From Eledone cirrhosa (lineage: Eukaryota): a stretch of DNA of 64,000 bases. Every line of letters begins with the position of its first letter. Position 1 is the stretch's first letter. Location of the stretch: positions 79,298,001-79,362,000 of the forward strand of contig OZ024742.1 of assembly GCA_964016885.1 (NCBI GenBank). Reading direction: 5' to 3'. Positions 54,006 through 64,000 of this stretch are shown here, in pieces. A program made the position numbers and the translations under genes. Below the pieces are notes generated by a model. The model did no database searches and was not told the DNA's origin. It worked only from the letters and a program-made list of their open reading frames with translations.

Positions 54006-55787
54006 TTTCTAAATATTTTCTTTGCGAGTTCAATCAATTACTTCATTTGTAAAGTCACAATAATGAGAGGTTAGATAGCTCAAGTGACGTGTTAACATAA
54101 ATGTCATAGGTTCAATCCACGTACTGGCCAGTTTTTATGTTCTTTATTCCCATTCCTTTATAATCTAAGTGCCCACATTTCAGTCATGAGTTTTACACCC
54201 ACCGAAATCAACTTTATCTTTGAGCGCACATGTAAAGTTATGGTCTTGTTCCAAACAGTTAACCAAAGATTTAATACACCAGCAGCAGTATCATCACCAT
54301 TAGCAAAAGCAACAACAATAACAACTATGAAGAACAAAAGAAAAATCACCACTATTGACAATATAAATATAACCATCATTGACGTATTTAGTTCATTATA
54401 TAATTGTTTCATTATATATTTGATCTCTGAAATTTTACCCGCCCTAGATAGATATATTTGTTTCTTTCGAATCTCTCGTTTAACTATGTCATTACTTAGT
54501 AATAGATATGATAAACATTTTTCTTATCATTAACCACATCTTGAGAGATCAAATTTGTTTTCAAATCTACGATCTAAGACGTTCCATCTTGTGGGGATTG
54601 GGGTAAGTTTGCCTAGAAATTGCCTTATTCAATTTGTCCTTGGTTTTTAAAGCTTTGCCAGCTATATATCGCAGATCAAATGACGTCATTGACATGATGA
54701 CAGATGAAAAGGGAAAAAGAAAATATTTCTCATCTCTCGAGGGTGGATTGCAAAGTTCATAAGCTGTCTATGAAGGAATGCTAAAACTATTAAAACTTGC
54801 ATACTTTAGTTTCAACTCTTATTAATAATTAAACTGTTTCTTTCCAGAGAAACTGATATCTAACTATTCAAAATTTGGTATCGTGGTGTTATCAAGTTCC
54901 CGCCGTATAAGGGTTTAGGCCCCAAGGATATTTATGCAAAGGGGACTCTGTTGAAAAATAAAACTCACGAAGTCACATTCTTTGAGAGTATCTTGTTCAG
55001 CTTATGAAATTTTCAGCTGATCCTCGTGGAACTTAACATTTTGTTATGTTTGACTATATTCTTTTTTAAACATGACGTAATCAGAGATGGATGGATAGAA
55101 TATGAGAGATGTTTCAGGGACTTCCGAGACTGGAAAATTGAAGAACTCCGTCCTCAGATTGTTGGCTTAGCTCAGATAGTTTCAATAAGTGTACCCGGCA
55201 AACAACTGTCTAGAAATAGCGCTGTTAATGCGTGCAACGGATTAAGTTTACCACATAACATATAAAGAATTCATAGGCCTTTATCGCGTTAAGTTAGCGT
55301 TTCTAAGCATATGAATTTTTTGTTTCAACCATCGCTGGAATGTTTTCGCGTACAATGCGCCTTCTAAAAATAACAGCTTAATTTCTCACAAATCAAGGCC
55401 TTCTCTAATAAAAAAGAGGAAAACCAATGACATTAGATCATATAGTTATCTTTTTTTTATTTCAGTTCAGTCTCGATGAGGCACATAATTGATCCAAGCC
55501 ATTGCAGTTGTGGTCACTCTGCAAGAAATAGCAGGCAAATCACACCCTACCTTCTTAAATAAAAGAGGACATATTGAACACAAGAATTTGATATAGACAA
55601 GGATGGAATAGGATGGAATGCATTAGAACAAATTATTTCCAGTTAAATTCCTTTCAAATCAAATCCTACCGTATTAAATAAAGAATACATTAGATATTAA
55701 CCCCGATATTCAGACAGGATGGACATGGATGGAAGTCATTGATCATAGATCACGATCCGGAGTTATCTGAAGCTCCAACAACAAAAG

Positions 55788-55789
55788 CA

Positions 55790-55843
<54 letters not shown>

Positions 55844-55904
55844 GCTGCTGCTGGTGATGATTATGGTAATGATAGTCATGATACTGATGCTGATGAGGCT
55901 GCTG

Positions 55905-55935
<31 letters not shown>

Positions 55936-55970
55936 TGATGGTGATGCTGCTGCTGATGATGATTATGGTG

Positions 55971-56039
<69 letters not shown>

Positions 56040-56066
56040 TTATTGATGATGATGATGATGATGATG
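55788..56066. repeat. Mosaic trinucleotide microsatellite (ACT/GCT/GAT)
   Basis: Consecutive in-phase ACT, GCT and GAT runs. Confidence 0.9.
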
Positions 56067-56072
56067 TTTGCC

Positions 56073-56313
56073 CAATACAGCAGGTATACCGAGAGACACT
56101 ACTTTTACTCATGATAAGATATTTCGTTAAAAGACATATCCAATGTAAGTGCAAATTTACGTGCTCCTAATCGAACATTGACTATAAGACATTTCAATGA
56201 ATCACGGGAAATGATTGATTTAAAGGTCTTTACATTAGATGTTCCATTAGGAGCACGTGAATATGCACTTACATCACGTAAGTATTCTAACGAACACGAT
56301 TCGTATACCTATT
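56073..56313. repeat. Degenerate palindrome (MITE-like)
   Basis: ATGTAAGTGCA.ATT.ACGTGCTCCTAAT.GAACAT / ATGTTCCATTAGGAGCACGTGAATATGCACTTACAT; outer AGGTATAC/GTATACCT. Confidence 0.65.
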
Positions 56314-56540
56314 GTAAGAAAAGTGAATGTTAAGTAATATTTTTTCATTGGTTCGGAGGGTTTGTTTTTCGTATTTTTTTTAAATCTCACTTAGCAAGTA
56401 GATCCTGTTGTTATTAGATTGCTTGTATAGGAATTCTACATGTTGTGTTGTATAGTGTTATATATATATAAACACAGACGCAAACACACGCAACACACAT
56501 ACACACACACACACACATACACACATATATATATACACAA

Positions 56541-56605
<65 letters not shown>

Positions 56606-56622
56606 TATATATATATACACAA

Positions 56623-56657
<35 letters not shown>

Positions 56658-57998
56658 CAAACACACACACACACACGCATATATATATTGGTGTGTTTGT
56701 GTGATTATGGAGACGAACACCCGTTATATTGTGTTCGTCTCTAACCGTGTCAATAATGAATCAGTTGAGTTTAGGTTTTTTAAATTGAAGAGCTGAACTA
56801 TTTTCTTGCTAACGATAATAATTGATTTTCAGTGATTGGTCACTTTAACCCTTTAAGCAACAACCTACCCCAAACTACCTTTAGTAACATGGTGAAATAT
56901 AAATTCACAACTTGACCTTAAATCTCATAGCAGTATGTAGGACCAGCAGTATTGGTAGAATCGGACGATATTCTTCGCAGCAGAGAGTTACGTCCCTCTA
57001 TGTTCTGAATTCAAATCCCGCCGAGATAAGCTTCGTCTTTCATCATTACTGGTTCGATAACAGCCCCTCTGCAGCGTTACCTCGGGTAATGGCGAGGCTA
57101 AGGTGCTGGAACAACCAAGTGCCCTCAAAAGCATCACCATGTTTAATCAACAGTTACGAAATTTAGTACATAAATTATGTGATATTCATTCATTATTCAT
57201 TCAAAGTAATCCAACTTATTTTACTAACGGGATATAAACAGGGCACCCCCCCCCCCACACACACACTCCCCCCTTTATTACAGTTAGATTATAACATAAA
57301 GGCAATATATATATTCTTGTTAGAAATAGGGAGCAACAGAGAGATTGTAGTTATTGTTGTAGTTAATATTTGGTTTTTGTTGTTGTTTTGATATTGATAT
57401 TTAAGCACCAGAACGAAATTCTTCCAGTATAGCTAACCCGCCTGTTTACGGGTATCTAGGATTACATCTCTGATATGTTCTTTCCACAGTTTAAGTTGAT
57501 TAGAGGTAAATTTGTCTACTATTTTTAACAGGTCTAAGGATTTCAAAGAGGCTACCTTTCTGACTTGAATGCACAGATGTTGATGTTGTTACCGTTGCTA
57601 TTGTAAAACACAAAATAAATCTATTTGTGATTACCTGATTACCAGGAACTAAGAACACAATGGTTTCTGTTCGGAGATAGAATATGCGACACACCCCATA
57701 TATATATACCCAGCTTATGCTGACCGGATAACCATCATGTTGCTTGCTTTTTTCCCACCTTCGGTTTGCTTTTCCATCTATGTTGTTTACTTGTCTCACT
57801 CGCTTTACGCGATTCACTTGTCCCAATAGCTTATTTTAGTTATTGCTCGCACCAACCTGAGGTATATGATTTTTAATGCGATGAAATACCAATGATGGTT
57901 AGCAAATCACTGATGAGGGACTAATTTTATAATATGTAACCCATGTGCAACCATGCAGTATTCCTCTTTCTTCCCATGTTTTATATATATATATATAT

Positions 57999-59661
57999 AA
58001 TGAAAACATTTGAACAGGAACAGAACAGAGAGGCAGTACAACGAATGTTTATTAATTTCACGCTCTGGAGAGTGGGGTGTTGGTGGGGGACGACGTTTCG
58101 GGCATAAGCCCTTCCTCAGGTGAGAAGTGTGTGGGAACAGAGTTCAAAGGGTGTGTAGGGGAGTGGTGGAGAGACATATAGCGAAAGGAAACGGTGCGAA
58201 GGAAAAAAATAAAAATAAAAATAAAGATAAAGCATGATCAAAATACAAGGAATGAAATAAATTTAAATATAAAAGCATGATCAAAATAAACTGAAATTAA
58301 AAGGGGGGTAAAACAGGTGGTGGAAGGGTGTGGGGTGTGTAGGGGTGGTGGCGGGTGGAGTGCGGAGAGGGAGACGGGGTGTCCGAGCGGGGAGGGCTGA
58401 AGGTGGTGTGTGTGTGTAGGTGTACGTGTGTGTGTGTGTGTGTGTGTATGTGAAAGTAAGGGTTGGGGGAAGAACGGGGTTGCATGTTCAGGAAGAGGTG
58501 TGTGTGTGTGTGTAGGGGGTGTGGGGTGTGGGTCGGAGTCTCTGTGCATGTGTGGATAGAGAGGTGGGGGGAGAGGAATCAGGAGGCTGAGGGTGTAAAT
58601 ATGTGGTGGAAAGCACGTGTGTGTGGGGTTTAAGCGTGTTGTGGGTGTAGGTGGCGTGTGGAGAAAAAAAAATTGTTTGGGGTGTGTGTGTGGGTGAGTT
58701 ATATAGGTGATTACGTAAGAGGATGGTTGAAAAGTTGGTAAAATCCAATGGTGTTTAGTGGATTCTGTGGTGGTCAATTTCTACGTGCGAGTATTCCATG
58801 AAGCGATGGTCGGAAGAGAAGAGATGTGGGGTGCGCGCGCAACAGGAAGTGGTCAAGCAGTGGGAGTGCTGTGTGTCTGTTTGTGCTGGGAGGTGGTCAG
58901 AGGGCATAGCAGCAGTCGGTGGAATGGTAAAGGGCAAGAATGGGTAGGTGTGAAAGTTGGAGTGAGGAGGGTGTGTGTGTGTGTATTAGTAGAGGTGTTA
59001 GTGGGATGAGTGAGTGTGGAGCGAGGGTGTGGGTGGAGCGGCGAGAGAAGGGTGTGTGTAGTTCTATGAAGGGAGTGTGGTGTACTGGTGTGTGGGTAGT
59101 TTGATGAAGGGGTGTTAGTGGGTGTTAGTATACGGGAGGTGGGGAGGGGTTGAATGCAGGTGTGAGTGGGGGTTAGTGGTGGTAGGGTGTGTAGAGTTGG
59201 TGGTGTATGGGGGTGTGTGGGTACGTGTGCGTGGGGTTGGGGGGTGTTAGTGATGTTAGTTGCGTGTGGGGTGGGTGGTGTAAGTGGGTGCGTGTGTTCG
59301 TGTGATAAGGAGGGGGAGGAGGAGAAGAAGGGAGGGATGTTAGTATGTTAGTTGGGGAAGGGTGGTCAGATGAGGGGTGGAGTGGAGGTGTTAGTATTGT
59401 TAGTTGTGGGGTGGGCGGTGAAAAGGAGGGGTGTGTTAGTGGTGTTAGTGGGGGATAAGTGTGGGGAGAGGGGGGCAGTCGAAGGCTAAAGGAATAAGGG
59501 TGGGGAGTTCAGGCCGGGGGGAGTGTGGGTCTGTAAGATGAAGATAGTTCGTTGTTCGACTCTAAGGCGATTGGCGGGTGTTCCGTGGCACTGGAGTAGG
59601 CCACAGAATGTGAGATGGCGTGCGGAATGTCCAGGGCCACCAAAGTGGCGGGCGATGGGGG

Positions 59662-59664
<3 letters not shown>
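57999..59664 (-). mobile_element. Neptune-like PLE copy 2 (GIY-YIG C-terminus, long strand-biased 3' region, HHR core)
   Basis: SSPIARHFGGPGHS..L.FCGL...RLRVEQRTIFILQTHTPPGLN; flanked by (TA)n. Confidence 0.85.
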
Positions 59665-59704
<40 letters not shown>

Positions 59705-59706
<2 letters not shown>

Positions 59707-60057
59707 GTAATAAGGAGTATTCCAAAGCTTGGTAGAACAAGTTGTGAGGAAAGTTCTCAACATACGTTAAGGTGACTCAACAGGTTGGTAGGGATTCAGT
59801 AGTGGAAACACGAACAAACGAGGAGTGTAATCAAAAAAGAGAAATAGGACGAAGGTAAACAGTTACAAAAGAATTTAATCCACGTATTAACAATTGTTTC
59901 ATCAGAATTTCAGTTCATTATTGCTACACTATGTAATAATAGGCAATCAAGAAAGATACTGTAGCATCCGAATTTTCTAAATACAAAGTTGGAATGACCT
60001 TAGGAAATGGAATAAGGGGTAGTAGTGTAAGATAGAGGAACAGAGAGAGAGAGGGGC

Positions 60058-60096
<39 letters not shown>

Positions 60097-61535
60097 GATG
60101 GAGGTAGGGAGAGAAAGAGAATGAGATAGGGTGGTGTGAGAGGATTTGTATAGAATATAGTTAAGTTACAATAAGGGAGGGGGAGGAGGGTTGTGAGCTA
60201 AAAGTTGTGATGAGTAGAGGGAGATAAGGAAGATATAATTTTAAGTGGCATTTGGTAGTGGACAGGCAAAAGTTTTATCAGAGAATAGGTGAAGGAAGAA
60301 AGTATTAAATTTCATATATAGTCTATTTTTAGGAGTGTGGAATTGTTATTTAGGGTAGAAAAGTAGTGTTAAGATTTAGTTGAAGGTTTAAAGTGTGATC
60401 ATTTCGCTTTCAGTTTATGCTGGCAAAAGATTGACCTTTCAATTTTGTTGTTGAGTAGTTGGTGGCTTGAGCTTAGGATATGGAAGAGCTCATTATTACA
60501 CAACGGGCACGTTTTCATCCCACTCCGGTATGGAGGAGCATGTGAGAGTTTGGTCCATTTAAGGGTGTATTGTCGGTTATTCCCTTTAAGTGCCAAATTT
60601 TGTCGGCGAGCGTCGTTACGTAACGGTGTTGGTGGTGCTTTATTGCGTAACGATGCGTGTACCAACGAGTTTTGAAGGTGTTTGCAGTGCTGCCTATGTA
60701 GTGCCAGGTTTGGTTGCCCGACTCAACCGAGCACCTGTACACTAGGTTTGAATGCAAACATTCATTATTCAATGGACAAGTATCTGGAAGGTGGCAATTA
60801 CAATTTCTGTTATGGGCAGTGGTGGAGTTATAGGTGGGCTGGGATGTGTGTGTGAGTGTGTTTTGTGCATACTGTTGGTTAGTGGGTCGTTGTGTATTAG
60901 GTGTATTATTGTGTTGAGTGATTAGGGTGTTGTTGTTACGGAGTTTTTTGGCGTTGAGCATCTTAATGTGTGCGTCTAGGTTTGGTCCAGTGGAATAAGA
61001 TAGTCTAATTGTTTTGGTATTAAGTATATTACTATATTTATGTGAATTTGGAAAGTGTTTTTTTATAATTTTGTAGAATGTGGAAGGTAAGTTAGAGATA
61101 ATGTAAGAGTTAAAAATAGGATTATACCAAATGTAAGATCTACTCCGTGTTCTGTTTTGCTTTGATGTTGCTGTTGTATTTGTGGTGTGGTTAGTATTAG
61201 GGGGTCTAGGTGCGTGTGTGCGGGTGTTTGTGGGGGCGTTTCGCGTGTCTATGGTTACGTGTTTTATGGTTGTGTCGGTCCATGTATTCTAGTTTGTCGG
61301 TGTGGCCAGCCCGTTCTAATGCAGTGTTGTAGTATTCAGCGTGTTGATCGAATATTTGTTGGTTAGATGAGAGGCGGGATATTCTAAGTGATATACTATG
61401 TGGCACGGACCTTATAATAGATAGTGGGTGGTTAGAGCTAGTGTGGATGTAGGTGAGGTTCTCATTGTTTTTGTGAAAGGGTGTGATAATTTGGGTGTTG
61501 AGGTTGAAGGTGGCATCTAGGAAGTTAACTACTTA
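59705..61535 (-). mobile_element. 5'-truncated PLE (Nematis-like, tentative): RT C-terminus/thumb, GIY-YIG and terminal repeat
   Basis: VNFLDATFNL..YIHTSSNHP..SISLRISRLSS..IWYNP..KHFP..SYS..CNCHLPDTCPL..VY..YIGST..FKTRW..H; GAAACAATTGTT at ~59890 (-). Confidence 0.9.
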
Positions 61536-61628
61536 TATAGAGATGACGCTCTCAGGAATAGCAGTCGACCGGCCCAGGAATAACAGTTGAAACGGCTTGA
61601 GCTCTGCTGTCGGGGTCCTGGCTCTTTT

Positions 61629-61729
<101 letters not shown>

Positions 61730-62101
61730 TTTTTCGTCTTTATTCACCCTTACCCCAATTGCTTTGCACAGAAAAAAAAATTAATAAAAAGAAACTAGTT
61801 TCGGTATAATAACTAAAGATATTTGTCAATATAATTACTCCATACAAACACATACGTGTGTCCGTGTACACACGTATGTAAATACATGGCATAAAAATCA
61901 AATAGAAACAGTGAATGTGTATGAAGAAATGTGTTTTGTGCCAAATAAGGAATGACGTATATAAAACAAAAAGTGAGAAAGCCACTGAAAGAAAAGGGTA
62001 GGTAAGTGTTAGATGAATTGTTATTGAAGGAGCAAGGTAGGCAATGAGATTAGAAGAGAGAACTAGAGTGGAAGAAAGAGATAGATAGATAGAGAGGGAG
62101 G

Positions 62102-62185
<84 letters not shown>

Positions 62186-62407
62186 GAAAGAGAGAGACAG
62201 TTAGAGATAAAGAGTAGAGAACTAAATAAGGGGACTGAGAGAAAAATTGAGAATGTGTGAGAGTGGGGGATCAATGGGTCGATATATTGACAGACAGTTA
62301 CATAGAAAGATGCAACGTACAGATTGATTTTCTCTCCCCGCTCTCTCTAAATGTACACACATGTCTGTATATATGTATATATACACATATATATATATAT
62401 GTACACG

Positions 62408-62480
<73 letters not shown>

Positions 62481-62503
62481 ACATATATATATATATATAT
62501 TTG

Positions 62504-62548
<45 letters not shown>

Positions 62549-62588
62549 GTATATACATAAAATAAATATATATATACCTACATACAGT

Positions 62589-62666
<78 letters not shown>

Positions 62667-62749
62667 CATATATAAATAAATGAAAATATATGTTTATATA
62701 TATATATATATATTCAGAGAGAGAGAGAGAGAGGGAGAGAGAGAGATAG

Positions 62750-62846
<97 letters not shown>

Positions 62847-63062
62847 TTGTGCATGTGTAACATATGTGTAAGTAATAGCGTTATGCGAACAAATAAATGC
62901 AAAATCTGATACATTCATTGATGGAGTTTTGGGAGGAGACCGAATCGGACACCCCCTCCATATTTTTCTCCTACTCCGTCTCTCACCATACGTGTGTATG
63001 TTTTTTATGTGTCTATGTATATATATTTATTAATAATTTATACATATTTTTATATATATATA

Positions 63063-63116
<54 letters not shown>

Positions 63117-63122
63117 TCTCTC

Positions 63123-63201
<79 letters not shown>

Positions 63202-63224
63202 TAATATATCTATATCTATATCTA

Positions 63225-63294
<70 letters not shown>

Positions 63295-63824
63295 TATATA
63301 TATATACATATATATATATACATATAATTATATGTGTGTGTGTATATAATTGTATAGGTGCACAACCACAGCACACACACAGACACACACACATATATAT
63401 ATATAATGCATAGACGTGTTAACATTACGTTTGCGTTATGGAACAAAGTTGTCGGGTCATTGCGTGAAAAACTAAACAACGAAATGCATAGTAAAGCAAG
63501 CAGTCATAGAAAAAGCAAAACAAAACAACTGAATGGTAAAAATTGTTAATAATGGTTGAGAATGAATGATAGGGTTGGTAGAATATAGTGGAGTGGATGA
63601 AAGGCGTGGGATGTTAACTTTTAGGATTATTCTCGAAATACTAGAATTGTTTAACCAGACACACAATCAATAATTAACTGTTAGCTATTCATGGATACAA
63701 GACTATATTCAGATGTGGTGCCAACATGAAAATGGAACTATAGATTTTGGAACTCATTTCTTCGACACCATATTGGATTTTATTTTTCTCTTGTTTGTTG
63801 TCTTATATCGAATTTATATATCCG

Positions 63825-64000
<176 letters not shown>

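Noticed and set aside
55739-56170. ORF with poly-T/A/D tracts
   Set aside because: It is a mosaic trinucleotide microsatellite with no splice context or domain.

Overview
A gene-free, extremely microsatellite-rich eukaryotic window. The tRNA-derived SINEs and the repeat landscape suggest a cephalopod such as Octopus, but that assignment is inference. Almost all recognisable sequence is decayed transposon: a Helitron Rep/PIF1 pseudogene (~9.4-14.65 kb) plus two non-autonomous Helitrons, and two head-to-tail L1/Tx1-type LINEs in (TATC)n (23.8-34.5 kb). There are also RTE, R4/Dong-like and CRE-like LINE fragments, a hATm-like DNA transposon (40.3-43.0 kb), several Penelope-like element (PLE) GIY-YIG/RT remnants and SINEs. 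The most striking unexplained structure is about nine fold-back palindromes of ~0.1-1.9 kb, mostly at (TA)n tracts. Most carry hammerhead-ribozyme (HHR) cores or GAAAC-N4-GTH half-cores, two are physically linked to PLE GIY-YIG sequence, and one has duplicated ~90 bp of flanking DNA in inverted orientation. Also notable are an intron-like ORF1/ORF2 spacer and conserved 5'UTR hairpins in the Tx1-like LINEs, and a tandem array of bipartite RTE-derived short elements with (TATG)n tails. No host protein-coding exon, rRNA, true tRNA or CRISPR array could be supported.
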